Assembly: GCA_964594755.1 (NCBI GenBank)
Contig: CAZQMO010000001.1
Coordinates: 169 to 64,168, forward strand
Direction of reading: 5' to 3'
Length of the DNA: 64,000 bases
DNA from: an uncultured Candidatus Saccharibacteria bacterium
GTDB lineage: Bacteria; Patescibacteriota; Doudnabacteria; UBA920
Made by a program: the position numbers and the translations under genes. This document shows positions 18,440 to 27,952 of this stretch, one piece after another. The notes below the pieces were generated by a model. It was given only the letters and a program-made list of their open reading frames with translations. It ran no database searches and was not told the origin of the DNA. The first letter of the stretch is position 1; every line of letters starts with the position of its first letter.

Positions 18440-18964
18440 ATGAGGCAATTTTTTTCACAATATAAAGTTCAGATTGTTGTGTCCGCAGCGGTATTGGGAT
18501 TCGCTGGTGTCATTATGATAGTGGTCATATTGGTTAACAGCTCGAATGAGCCACCTACAATAATTGAGCCTACAGATCCAAATCAGCTCGATTATGGATT
18601 CGTTAATAATGACCAGCTTAGCAACGAAGATAAGTATTTGATGTTGGAAGCTAAGATTGTTGTAGAGGGTTATGGTACATATTCAGCAAATGACTTACGA
18701 GGACTTTACGATGTAAAAAATAAATCTACCAGCAGTTTTGCTGTGACAGTCGATCAGCTAATAAATTTAACGGTAATACCTAGTCTAGCAACTTCCGTGA
18801 ATCCTGACACTATCCAGATTGAAAGATCATCTAACCTGGTTACAGTAAAGCTACAGGCAAATCAAAGAAATCTAACTACAAACCAAACAACACAGATCAA
18901 TTACACAGTCGAGTTTGTAAAAAATGGTCAATTTTGGCAAGTCAATAATATTACAGAACAATGA
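18440..18964 (+). CDS. hypothetical membrane-anchored protein
   Basis: N-terminal TM and then a polar domain. No motif. Confidence 0.4.
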   Translation: MRQFFSQYKVQIVVSAAVLGFAGVIMIVVILVNSSNEPPTIIEPTDPNQLDYGFVNNDQLSNEDKYLMLEAKIVVEGYGTYSANDLRGLYDVKNKSTSSFAVTVDQLINLTVIPSLATSVNPDTIQIERSSNLVTVKLQANQRNLTTNQTTQINYTVEFVKNGQFWQVNNITEQ

Positions 18965-19899
18965 AACAAAAATTGAGTGCCATTCTTTTAATACTTTGGT
19001 TCGTACCTCAAATAGCATTTGCACAGACATCAACCATTCCATTGCCTCAGTACTCGGGTGTTCAGGAAAGTATTCAGGCTTATTTGTGCACTCCAAGCGA
19101 GTCAGCTGATGGTCAGGATTTGGTGCGTTGTATCAATCGAATGTACAGATTTGGTATCACGGCTGGTGCGATAGTTTTGGTATTAATGATTGTTGTGGCT
19201 GGTTATATATATATCACCAGTGGTGAAACTGGTAAGACCAGAGCAAAAAGTATTGTGATGAATAGCCTGGTCGGAATGGGTATCTTAATTGGCAGTTATG
19301 CCTTGCTTTATTTCATTAATCCAAACCTAACAACGTTTAGGCCAATTCAACCGCCGATATTTACTGCTGATAATCTACCAAGCTGTGCTGATTTGGGAAT
19401 AACTCAAGATAATGATTGTGCGATAACTTCGGATCCTGCAGAAGCAATTGATACGAGTCCAAGCGGGGGCGGTGGTGCATATGCTGATTGTAAAGGTGGA
19501 ATCGTTGCGATTTCGGGAATACCAAGAGCAGGCTCAGCGACTCAGATTTGTCAGGAACTACTTTCTAAAATGCAACCACTCTTAACACAGTTTAAAACTC
19601 AAGCCCCAGGGTACTACTTCGCTATCTCTTCAACTATTAGAAATGGTGGTGCGGAGAGCCGGTGTCATTATGGCGGTAACAGTAAAAGTGGTAATTGCGC
19701 TGATACTGTGCTTCGAACTAATGCTGGAGCGAAAGTGCCTGGTAGTAACGCTGCTTGGGGTACATTATGTAGGATCTTACTGGGAGCAGGGTTATCACTT
19801 GCCAATGAAACTGGTTCCGCTCACCAAGGATGCCGTAACCCAGCAAGTTATAAGTACACCAATGGAGCCCATTTCCATGTTTATGTACCTGCTAATTAA
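18961..19899 (+). CDS. paralog of 17400 gene: same VirB2/TrbC-like N-terminal module fused to a Cys-rich, M15-like (D-Ala-D-Ala carboxypeptidase/VanY-like) peptidase domain
   Basis: The N-terminal ~140 aa are about 65% identical to the 17400 protein, including YITSGE(A/T)GK.RAK and RPIQPPIFTA. The C-terminus has SRCHYGG..GNCADT and GAHFHVYV, resembling the M15 S.H..G.A.D ... H motifs. Confidence 0.5.
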   Translation: MKQKLSAILLILWFVPQIAFAQTSTIPLPQYSGVQESIQAYLCTPSESADGQDLVRCINRMYRFGITAGAIVLVLMIVVAGYIYITSGETGKTRAKSIVMNSLVGMGILIGSYALLYFINPNLTTFRPIQPPIFTADNLPSCADLGITQDNDCAITSDPAEAIDTSPSGGGGAYADCKGGIVAISGIPRAGSATQICQELLSKMQPLLTQFKTQAPGYYFAISSTIRNGGAESRCHYGGNSKSGNCADTVLRTNAGAKVPGSNAAWGTLCRILLGAGLSLANETGSAHQGCRNPASYKYTNGAHFHVYVPAN

Positions 19900-19935
19900 T
19901 TTTTCACCTCTAGTAGGGGACAGTAGCGCTCTAAA

Positions 19936-19965
19936 AATCAAAACCGCCTTAGGGCGGTTTTTGAT
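19936..19965 (+). terminator. rho-independent terminator
   Basis: aaaaccgccttagggcggtttttg. Confidence 0.7.
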
Positions 19966-20119
19966 ATTACGACTTCCCTACTGGCTCGTAGGGGAGAGGT
20001 AGGGATCTTATCTAAAAACTTTTATGAATGTTAATCAATTTGTAGTTTAAGCACAGAGCAGGTCTACATCAAGAGAAGTACAAAACTTTTTAAATTAGTC
20101 GAACGATATGTCGTAGAAA

Positions 20120-20151
20120 CTTATTTTACGACTCAAGAGTCGTAAAATAAG
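20120..20151. repeat. 32-nt palindrome cttattttacgactc-aa-gagtcgtaaaataag
   Basis: Exact 15-bp arms within a 520-bp ORF-free region. Confidence 0.5.
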
Positions 20152-20160
20152 ATAAACTTG

Positions 20161-20183
20161 ATGCGACATAATATATGTCGCAT
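20161..20183. repeat. 23-nt palindrome atgcgacat-aatat-atgtcgcat
   Basis: Exact 9-bp arms adjacent to the previous palindrome. Confidence 0.5.
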
Positions 20184-20391
20184 AAGATACATTGTGCGAC
20201 GCGGTATCACTCTCCAGAGCATATCTCCCCTGTGGCTATTATGCCCTAGCCTGTCTGACTGTATTTAATATTTGAAATTTTCTTTTTGTATTCTCTGTGT
20301 TTGATTGTATATTCTTTCTTAAATACCACTCCCTTAATCATTGTATATACTTTTGACTAGAACGGTCGTCACCAATTAAAAGTAAGTGAAA

Positions 20392-20418
20392 AAGAACTAG
20401 GGAGTAGTTCCTTTTTAG
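20392..20418 (-). terminator. bidirectional terminator hairpin gaactagggagtagttc flanked by T-runs
   Basis: Hairpin immediately after the stop of the minus-strand cysteine desulfurase gene. Confidence 0.5.
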
Positions 20419-20426
20419 TGAAGGTA

Positions 20427-21656
20427 TTAGATGTCCTGTTTAGTGTCAGCAAGCATCTTAATCGTAGATTTGAGTGCCTTGATGAATGCCTTAACCTGAG
20501 CCGGTGTTGTTGATGCATTTAAACTTAATCTGATGGTTGATTTGGCTAGATCTGGCTTAACTTCCATCGCGACTAAAACGTGTGATGGATCGGTTGAACC
20601 AGTTGTACACGCACTACCAGTTGCAACCACAAACCCGGCCGCGTCTAGGTACAACATTAGAGCTTCACCCTCAACTCCATTAACAGAAAAATTGATGGTA
20701 CCTGGCAGTTTAGTCAGCGAAAAGTTTTCTTCTTTAGAGTTGAGTTTGGGATTCTTTGGACCGTTGATGGTTACACTTTTAATTTTTCTTAATTCAGATT
20801 CTAGTTGTGATTGTAAACTGTGCAATTTTTTTACATTCGCAGATTTATGCTTCTGTGAATCTGCTAAGGCAGCAGCGAAACCAACGATGGCTGATGTGTT
20901 TTCTGTACCGCTACGCAAACCCCGTTCTTGGCCACCGCCGTAAATTATCGGTTCGAGTTTAACTCCACTGCGAACGTATAGCATCCCCGACCCTTTCGGC
21001 CCATGAATTTTGCTACCGTTCAAAGTTAGTAAATCAACTTTCAGTTTTTGCACATCCAAATCTAAGTTGCCACCAGCTTGGCACGCATCAGAATGAAACA
21101 GGATTGGCGCGAGAGTTTTTTGATTGCGTTTGCGGTTCAGTCCTGCGATTAATGAGCCGATCTGACGAATTGGTTGGATAGTCCCAACTTCATTGTTGGC
21201 GTACATTACAGACACAAGCATTGTGTTGGGCTTAACAAGCTTGATAATGTGGTTTGGATCAACTAAGCCATGTTTATCAACTGGTAGATAATCAACCTGC
21301 CAACCATAACCTTTGAGTGCTTTCACACATTCTAATACTGCTTCGTGTTCAATGGCCGAGACAATGATATGTCCAAGCTTTTGATAATTACGAGCATAGC
21401 TCTTTGCCACCCCTTGGATAGCTAAGTTAATGCTTTCTGTTCCCCCACTGGTGAAAATAATTTCAGAAGCTTTAGCTCCGATTACTTCTGCAACAGATTT
21501 TCTGGCTTGTTCAATGGCCTGACGTGATTTTTGCCCAGGTTCGTGCAAACTACTAGGATTGCCAAAAAAGCCCATCTGGAGGGGTTTTATGGCCTTTAGG
21601 ACAGCATTGCTAGGCTGTGTGGCAGCTGCATTATCAAAATATACCTTGTTTTTCAC
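20427..21656 (-). CDS. cysteine desulfurase (class V aminotransferase, NifS/IscS family)
   Basis: FTSGGTESINLAIQG, a PLP-Lys region SKIHGPKGSGMLYV, and a C-terminal active-site Cys loop GSACTTGS. Confidence 0.85.
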   Translation of the reverse strand: MKNKVYFDNAAATQPSNAVLKAIKPLQMGFFGNPSSLHEPGQKSRQAIEQARKSVAEVIGAKASEIIFTSGGTESINLAIQGVAKSYARNYQKLGHIIVSAIEHEAVLECVKALKGYGWQVDYLPVDKHGLVDPNHIIKLVKPNTMLVSVMYANNEVGTIQPIRQIGSLIAGLNRKRNQKTLAPILFHSDACQAGGNLDLDVQKLKVDLLTLNGSKIHGPKGSGMLYVRSGVKLEPIIYGGGQERGLRSGTENTSAIVGFAAALADSQKHKSANVKKLHSLQSQLESELRKIKSVTINGPKNPKLNSKEENFSLTKLPGTINFSVNGVEGEALMLYLDAAGFVVATGSACTTGSTDPSHVLVAMEVKPDLAKSTIRLSLNASTTPAQVKAFIKALKSTIKMLADTKQDI

Positions 21657-21696
21657 CTTGACAGTATATCAGAAATATTGCGTAATAATCAAGGTC

Positions 21697-22056
21697 TTAA
21701 CGACTCGATTTTACAAAGCCTGCAGCAGTAGCTTCGGCTTCAGTTTGAAAACACATTTCTTCTTGAGTTCTTTCATAAAAAGCCCCGCCTTGAATATGGT
21801 AGATTTTATTCTTTCCTGAAACATTACCTTTCACAGGACAGTTTTGATTAGTATGGGGAGTAGTGTTAGTCCCCTGCCCTCCTGTTGCTAAGTTTGTGAG
21901 TTGTGTTGATTGAGTGGTATAATTAACAGGAATTGCTTCGATTTGTTGCTTAGGCCAGTAAGTGTGACCATTGTAGAGTCCACAAGCAAAACTGATCAGC
22001 TGGAGTACAGCAGTGATTAGTATCAGCTTCCAATGTCCTAATGCAATTAAGTTCAT
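21697..22056 (-). CDS. small secreted protein with conserved C-terminal KIYH..GG.FY..T...CF.TE.EA.AAGF motif
   Basis: Signal peptide. The C-terminal ~35 aa match a motif common at the ends of small extracellular bacterial proteins. Confidence 0.45.
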   Translation of the reverse strand: MNLIALGHWKLILITAVLQLISFACGLYNGHTYWPKQQIEAIPVNYTTQSTQLTNLATGGQGTNTTPHTNQNCPVKGNVSGKNKIYHIQGGAFYERTQEEMCFQTEAEATAAGFVKSSR

Positions 22057-22124
22057 AAATTTATTGAGGGTAAATTATTAATGTCGGCCGTTTATTGATT
22101 TTTTCAGGACGGCGAAAGGATTAT

Positions 22125-23420
22125 ATGATTAACCGTTACGCTTTTGTGTTAGGTAGAGTTTATACACTCTCTTTAGCTGAGCTGTTTTTTTATTTTCGAA
22201 ATCATAATTGGCCCATAAAGATTGTGGACTTATCAAATGAAGTTTTAGTGATAGAGACTGAAGCTCCACTTGAAGTGCAAAAGATTCAGCAAGAACTCGG
22301 TGGTGTGATTAAAATCTTGAAAATTCTTGATGAGGTCACTAAGAAAGAAACTGACTATATTAACTTTGCTCTTCAACATTACTTTAAACCGAGTAAGCTC
22401 AAGCGCGATTTTTTACAGAATGCTAAAGGAAAGATTCAGTTTGGCGTGAGCGTATATTTACTCGACCCAGAAATTAAAGCCTTTAGTGAACCAAAGAGGC
22501 TCGGAATGTTTATCAAGCGAGCTATGCAAGATGGTGGCTCGAGTATTCGATTAGTTCTCCCACAATTTAACTCTTTAACTCTTGCCTCTGTGGCAGTGAA
22601 GCATAATAATCTCCTGACAAAAGGTGCGGAGATTTGTGTTATCGCCTCCCCTACCAAGCTTTATGTTGCGAAAACTCTAACTGTCCAGGATTTTGAAGAT
22701 TATGGCCGACGCGATTATCAACGTCCAGTACGAGATGATAAGCAAGGAATGATTCCGCCAAAAGTTGCCCAAATGATGATTAACTTTTCTGGAGCTGCGC
22801 CAGGTTCAACATTACTGGATCCGTTTTGTGGAATTGGCACAATCGTACAGGAAGGAGTCCTGCAGGGTTATAAGATGCTGGGTACGGACATTAATCCAAC
22901 AGCTATTGCAGGAAGTGAAAAGAATTTAGAATGGTTCAGAAATCGTTATAAAATCCCTAAGGGTAAATATCATGTTGAGGTGTCTGATGTGGCTAACGTT
23001 TCAAAGGTTGTGGCAAATTTGGCAAAAATCGGGGCTTTTAAGCAGGTTAATGGCGTAGTGACCGAAGGGTACCTTGGCCCGATGTACGGTGAATTCCCCT
23101 CTCCTGCTGAGATTAAGGCCAATTTCGCAGAACTAACCGAATTGTACACCAAGGCTTTTCAAGACTATGTAAAGTTCTTATCAACTGGCGATAAAGTCGT
23201 AATGTGCCTGCCAGCATATAAAAAAGGAGAGACTTATTCTCGCCTAGAAAACCTTGACTTTATTAAGGATATTGGTTATAATTTGGTAGATTTGATTCCA
23301 AAAGATCTGACCGAGAGTTTGCCGTTCCTGAAATTAACGGATCGGGGCACAGCAATCTATGACCGGAAAGACCAGATCGTCGCCAGGGAGATAATCATCC
23401 TTGAGCGACTCACTAATTGA
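22125..23420 (+). CDS. putative RNA (guanine-N2) methyltransferase, Trm11/RlmL-like class I SAM MTase with N-terminal THUMP-like domain
   Basis: Motif I LDPFCGIGTIV, a motif IV-like VVTEGYLGP, and an SD (AAAGGA) before the 22125 ATG. Confidence 0.5.
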   Translation: MINRYAFVLGRVYTLSLAELFFYFRNHNWPIKIVDLSNEVLVIETEAPLEVQKIQQELGGVIKILKILDEVTKKETDYINFALQHYFKPSKLKRDFLQNAKGKIQFGVSVYLLDPEIKAFSEPKRLGMFIKRAMQDGGSSIRLVLPQFNSLTLASVAVKHNNLLTKGAEICVIASPTKLYVAKTLTVQDFEDYGRRDYQRPVRDDKQGMIPPKVAQMMINFSGAAPGSTLLDPFCGIGTIVQEGVLQGYKMLGTDINPTAIAGSEKNLEWFRNRYKIPKGKYHVEVSDVANVSKVVANLAKIGAFKQVNGVVTEGYLGPMYGEFPSPAEIKANFAELTELYTKAFQDYVKFLSTGDKVVMCLPAYKKGETYSRLENLDFIKDIGYNLVDLIPKDLTESLPFLKLTDRGTAIYDRKDQIVAREIIILERLTN

Positions 23421-23439
23421 ACGACTTCTTTGTCAGAGC

Positions 23440-23520
23440 CTTCGCTCCTCGCTCTGCGTACCTGTTAGTACGCGTCGCTGCGGTGCTCGGCTCTTCCGCG
23501 AATTCGTCTAATTATCGAGC
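23440..23520. repeat. intergenic GC-rich repeat element (family R, copy 1) with internal hairpin cgtac-ctgtta-gtacg
   Basis: About 70% identical over ~70 nt to the 34905-34985 copy. Shares the gctcctcg...ggtgctc flanks with copies near 58.5-58.9 kb. Confidence 0.5.
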
Positions 23521-23605
23521 CGCTTTCATCTAATATTTAGTTTTAACCCTAGCTCATGAAGCATCGTCGCAAGTCGAAATCATCAGACTAGGATGAGAAA
23601 ATGTT

Positions 23606-23938
23606 ATGGCACATAAGAAAGCCGGTGGCTCAACCAGTTTAGGTCGAGACTCCGTATCCAAACGACTTGGTGTTAAAATTTTTGGTGATCAACGCGTGAA
23701 CAAAGGTGAAATCATTGTTCGTCAGCACGGTAACAAATTCCATGCTGGTAAAAACGTTCAAACAGCTGGTGACTCCACTCTTTACTCTTTAATCGACGGT
23801 ATCGTAAAGTTTCAAACCAAAATGGTTCGTAAATTTCACGGCAACCTTCGCAAGACACGCATTGTTAGTGTAGAACCTGTTGCTGTACAGAAAGAACAGA
23901 AACCTCCTGCTAAAGCAGCTACTCCAGTAGAAGCTTAA
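23606..23938 (+). CDS. rpmA: 50S ribosomal protein L27 with C-terminal extension
   Basis: [24 protein letters not shown]... Canonical L27 plus about 25 extra C-terminal residues. Confidence 0.9.
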   Translation: MAHKKAGGSTSLGRDSVSKRLGVKIFGDQRVNKGEIIVRQHGNKFHAGKNVQTAGDSTLYSLIDGIVKFQTKMVRKFHGNLRKTRIVSVEPVAVQKEQKPPAKAATPVEA

Positions 23939-23952
23939 TCCACCAATATATA

Positions 23953-23980
23953 AACCGCCCTCACTGAGGGCGGTTTTTGC
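23953..23980 (+). terminator. rho-independent terminator
   Basis: aaccgccctcactgagggcggttttt. Confidence 0.7.
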
Positions 23981-23984
23981 TCTG

Positions 23985-25679
23985 TTATTTTTTCTTAGTA
24001 ATCACGCGGATAAACTCTGAGAATAAGGGGTGTGGTGCTAATGGCCGCGATTTGAATTCGGGATGGAATTGGGTACCAATAAAAAACGGGTGATCTTTGA
24101 GTTCTATAATTTCTACCAGATTGCCATCAGGAGTTGTTCCAGCAATTACTAATCCAGCTGTCTCGAGCTTTTCTCGGTATTCATTATTAAACTCATAGCG
24201 ATGGCGATGTCGTTCCGAAATTTTGGAAGAGCCTTTGGCCTTAATCCAACCAGCTTTGAGATAGGCCTTTTCAGTTTTAGTACCACGAGTTATTGTGCAA
24301 TCCCAAGCTCCGAGCCGCATAGTTGCTCCGTACTCGCGATTGAGAAGAAGTTTTTCTTGTTCTGGCATGATGTGAATCACCGGATGACGAGCTTTGGAAT
24401 CAACCTCTGTAGTATGGGCGGTGCGCAAACGGCAAACATTGCGGGCAAATTCTATTGTCGCCAGCTGCATACCATAACATAACCCCAGGTATGGGATTTT
24501 TTGTTTGCGTGCATATTCGATGGCAGAGATAATCCCTTCAACTCCCCTACTGCCAAAACCACCTGGCACACAGATGCCTTGATACCCGGCCAATATTTTT
24601 TTGGCTCCCTGTTTTTCGATGGTGGCACTAGAAATCCAATCTAATTTAACTTTAACGTTGTTAGCCCAGCCGCCGTGTTTTAAAGCTTCGATTACTGATA
24701 CATACACATCAGATAATTTATAATCACCAGTTTCAAAATATTTTCCTACGACTGCAATGTTCACCTCACGACCCGTGTTTTCAAGTCGAACAATTTTATC
24801 GCTGAATTTTTTCCAGCTTTTTAAGTCTCGTTTTTTAGATGGTAAATCAAAGTGTTGTAGTAGCTGGTCTGTTAACCCCTCTTTTTCGAAATTTGCCGGA
24901 ACACGATAAATGCTGTCTACGTTTGGTGCTGCGATAATATGACTAGCAGGAATGTTTGTGGTCCAAGCGAGTGTTTGTTTGCGGCGGTCATCAATTTTTG
25001 ATTCGGCTCGCGCGATTAAAAAGTCAGGCTGGATTCCAGAAGAGATTAACTGCTTAACCGAGTTTTGAACTGGCTTGGATTTCATTTCACCGATACTCGG
25101 CGGTGTGGGTAAGTAACCAACGTGGACGTGCGCAGTGTCGCGGCCGTGGCGATATTTCATAATCCGGTTCGCTTCAATGAATAAAATGTTTTGGTATTCG
25201 CCCACGGTGCCGCCGACTTCACAGATTACAAAGTCAGCTTTGCGAGCTTTGGCTGCTTGTTCGAGTCGATTGATAATTTCTTCGGGAACGTGCAAGGCAA
25301 CTTCGACATCTTCGCCATCATATTCAAAATTCCGTTCGCGCTGAATAATGGTTTGGTAAAGCTGCCCATTTGTTACGTAATTAGCTTTTGTTAAATCAGT
25401 ATTGAGGAAGCGTTCGTAGTTACCGAGGTCTTGATCAGTTTCCATGCCATCGTCGGTCACAAACACCTCTCCATGTTCTTGTGGGCGGATGGTACCTGCG
25501 TCAACATTCAAGTAAGCATCGCATTTTACAGGAGCAACTACATAGCCACGAGATTGCAGCAACGTAGCAATGGTGGAGGTTGTAACACCCTTCCCTACCC
25601 CGGAGATGACACCACCGGAAACAAAAATGAATTTAGTATTGAGCTTTGATGCTTTGCGAGTTTTGATGTGATAGGACAT
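23985..25679 (-). CDS. pyrG: CTP synthase
   Basis: FVSGGVISGVGKG P-loop region. GATase domain with GLCYGMQ. 564 aa. Confidence 0.95.
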   Translation of the reverse strand: MSYHIKTRKASKLNTKFIFVSGGVISGVGKGVTTSTIATLLQSRGYVVAPVKCDAYLNVDAGTIRPQEHGEVFVTDDGMETDQDLGNYERFLNTDLTKANYVTNGQLYQTIIQRERNFEYDGEDVEVALHVPEEIINRLEQAAKARKADFVICEVGGTVGEYQNILFIEANRIMKYRHGRDTAHVHVGYLPTPPSIGEMKSKPVQNSVKQLISSGIQPDFLIARAESKIDDRRKQTLAWTTNIPASHIIAAPNVDSIYRVPANFEKEGLTDQLLQHFDLPSKKRDLKSWKKFSDKIVRLENTGREVNIAVVGKYFETGDYKLSDVYVSVIEALKHGGWANNVKVKLDWISSATIEKQGAKKILAGYQGICVPGGFGSRGVEGIISAIEYARKQKIPYLGLCYGMQLATIEFARNVCRLRTAHTTEVDSKARHPVIHIMPEQEKLLLNREYGATMRLGAWDCTITRGTKTEKAYLKAGWIKAKGSSKISERHRHRYEFNNEYREKLETAGLVIAGTTPDGNLVEIIELKDHPFFIGTQFHPEFKSRPLAPHPLFSEFIRVITKKK

Positions 25680-26125
25680 TACAGACTTTCTAAATTAATT
25701 TTGGGTTTGGCGATAACACCAGGGATTAGTTTAACATTGATGGTGTATTCCCCGAGATGTTTGATGCCATGAGGAATTTGAATTTGTAATTTTTGTAATT
25801 GAATCTTCGTTTTTTGATAAATAGCATTGGCTACATCCTGTTCTTTGACGCTACCGAACAATTGACCTTTATCACCAGTTTTTACCTTGACCGTAAAAGT
25901 TCGTTTTTCTAGTTCTGCTTTGTGGCGCTCGGCTTGTTCTTTAGCTTTGGACTTTTGCGCGTCTTTATCTCGTTTTTCTGTGGCTAGTTTATGTTGTGCT
26001 GCGGATGTGGCCGGTTGGGCTAAACCTTGCTTAATAAGGAAGTTGGTAGCGTAACCAGCATTGACTTCCTTGATCTCTCCCCTTCTGCCAACCTTTGGCA
26101 CATCTTTTAGTAAAATAACTTTCAT
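25679..26125 (-). CDS. rplI: 50S ribosomal protein L9
   Basis: [28 protein letters not shown]. Confidence 0.9.
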   Translation of the reverse strand: MKVILLKDVPKVGRRGEIKEVNAGYATNFLIKQGLAQPATSAAQHKLATEKRDKDAQKSKAKEQAERHKAELEKRTFTVKVKTGDKGQLFGSVKEQDVANAIYQKTKIQLQKLQIQIPHGIKHLGEYTINVKLIPGVIAKPKINLESL

Positions 26126-26216
26126 AATCTATAAAAAAGAAAAAACCCTCATACTGAGAGTTTTGGCTCTTTTTTATTATATACCAAGTTTTCTTGGGTG
26201 CAAGTGGATAACTGGC

Positions 26217-27134
26217 TTAAATTTGCAGATATTTGCGCATAGCCAGCAAACTGGAAATGGCGCTGAGTACGAAGGCTATACATAGTTGGATCAGAACCAC
26301 TAAGCCAAAAGTCTGCACGTCACCATTAAAAATGTTAGCACCTGGAGTTAAATAATTACTGATTCTTGGCAACATTTGGAAGTAAATTGGGAAAACCAAG
26401 GCACTGGTAATTGCCGAAGCGATGATGCTGTAAGCAAAAGCCTCTACTAAGAATGGTCCGCGGATGTACCAGTTAGTAGCACCAACCAGACGCATGATTT
26501 CAACTTCTTCGCGGCGATTATAAATAGTTAAGGCAATCGTGTTAAAGATCACTAAAATTGCTATCAAACAGAATACAACCATTAAGATTGAACCAAACGT
26601 TACAATGAACTTTAGTAACGAGTTGAGTCGTTCAATAATCACACGGTTATCTTCAAAGTTTACTTCGTCGATTAAGTCGCGATAAGAACTGTTCTCGAGC
26701 ATCTGGGCAATGGCAGGATAATCTTCTAGTCTAAACGCTTTAATCTGCAAGGTCGAAGGAAATGGGTTATCAGTTAATTCTTCTAATGAGTTTAGAATTT
26801 GTTCATCACCTTGATGATTTTGTTCAAAATTTCGACGAGCATCATCACTAGAGACATAATCAACTGAGCGGATACGGCTATCTGTTTGGAGTTCATCGCG
26901 GATTACTAAAATTCTAGCTTCGGAAACATCACTCTTAAAGTAAGTACTGATATCAACGCGTTCTTGAATTGACTGCACACTATAGCTAGTGATTATAAAT
27001 AACAAACTCATCACCGATAAGATTATTAGGGTGATTGTCATTATTAATGTTGAAGCAGTGGCTAACCAAAGATTGCGACGCAGATTGGTTAACCCGCTTT
27101 TGATGATGCGATAAAGCTGGATCAGAGATGGCAT
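26217..27134 (-). CDS. ftsX: cell division permease FtsX
   Basis: 4-TM FtsX topology with a large periplasmic loop. Follows ftsE. The start is chosen at the internal Met to avoid overlap with ftsE. Confidence 0.8.
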   Translation of the reverse strand: MPSLIQLYRIIKSGLTNLRRNLWLATASTLIMTITLIILSVMSLLFIITSYSVQSIQERVDISTYFKSDVSEARILVIRDELQTDSRIRSVDYVSSDDARRNFEQNHQGDEQILNSLEELTDNPFPSTLQIKAFRLEDYPAIAQMLENSSYRDLIDEVNFEDNRVIIERLNSLLKFIVTFGSILMVVFCLIAILVIFNTIALTIYNRREEVEIMRLVGATNWYIRGPFLVEAFAYSIIASAITSALVFPIYFQMLPRISNYLTPGANIFNGDVQTFGLVVLIQLCIAFVLSAISSLLAMRKYLQI

Positions 27135-27138
27135 AAGA

Positions 27139-27816
27139 TTATAATTTGTACTTTCCTTTTTCTTGTTCCATGGTAACCTGACCACCTTCAATGGTTATAA
27201 CTCGTTTTTTGATTTTATTAACTAAGTCTGACGCGTGAGTTGCGAGTAATACGGTTGTACCTAGTTTGTTGATTTTTAGGAGTAAGTCAATAACTTCCGC
27301 AGCATTGATTTCGTCTAGGTTCCCGGTCGGTTCGTCTGCTAAAAGTAAGACAGGGCGATGCGCCAAAGACCGCGCAATGGCTACGCGTTGCTTTTCACCA
27401 CCACTCATCTCATGAGGAAAATTGTGCATCTTGTGCGACAGTCCGACCAACTCCAAAATACGAGGTACGTCTTTGTTAATTTGTTCCTTACGGTGTCCGG
27501 AAACTTCCATAGCAAATGCCACGTTTTCGAAAGCCGTGCGGCGTGGCAGTAATTTGATGTCTTGAAAGACCACACCAATCTTGCGTCTTAAGTACGGCAA
27601 ATCAGCTTTGCGAATTTTACTCATATCAATATCATCAATCAGAATCTGACCATCATCGAGTTCTTCTTCGCCAACTAGCATTTTGAGCATTGTGCTCTTC
27701 CCTGCCCCACTCATTCCGACCACAGAAATAAATTCCCCCTGTTTGATATGGAGGTTGATGTTATTTAATGCTTTGTGATTTCCGTAATATTTAGTAACTT
27801 TTTTGAATTCAATCAT
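27139..27816 (-). CDS. ftsE: cell division ATP-binding protein FtsE
   Basis: Walker A GMSGAGKST, ABC signature LSGGEKQR and Walker B LLLADEPT. Confidence 0.9.
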   Translation of the reverse strand: MIEFKKVTKYYGNHKALNNINLHIKQGEFISVVGMSGAGKSTMLKMLVGEEELDDGQILIDDIDMSKIRKADLPYLRRKIGVVFQDIKLLPRRTAFENVAFAMEVSGHRKEQINKDVPRILELVGLSHKMHNFPHEMSGGEKQRVAIARSLAHRPVLLLADEPTGNLDEINAAEVIDLLLKINKLGTTVLLATHASDLVNKIKKRVITIEGGQVTMEQEKGKYKL

Positions 27817-27952
27817 GCGTGTTTATTATACCATATCTTTCTTATGTTATCCTTGCATTTCTTAAGAGAATATGGTATAGTAGAAAAAGGAAAAGCAGAT
27901 AGGCTGCAAAGCGTACCGGCGTATTCCGGTTTTTCGTTTGAGGAGGATATTG

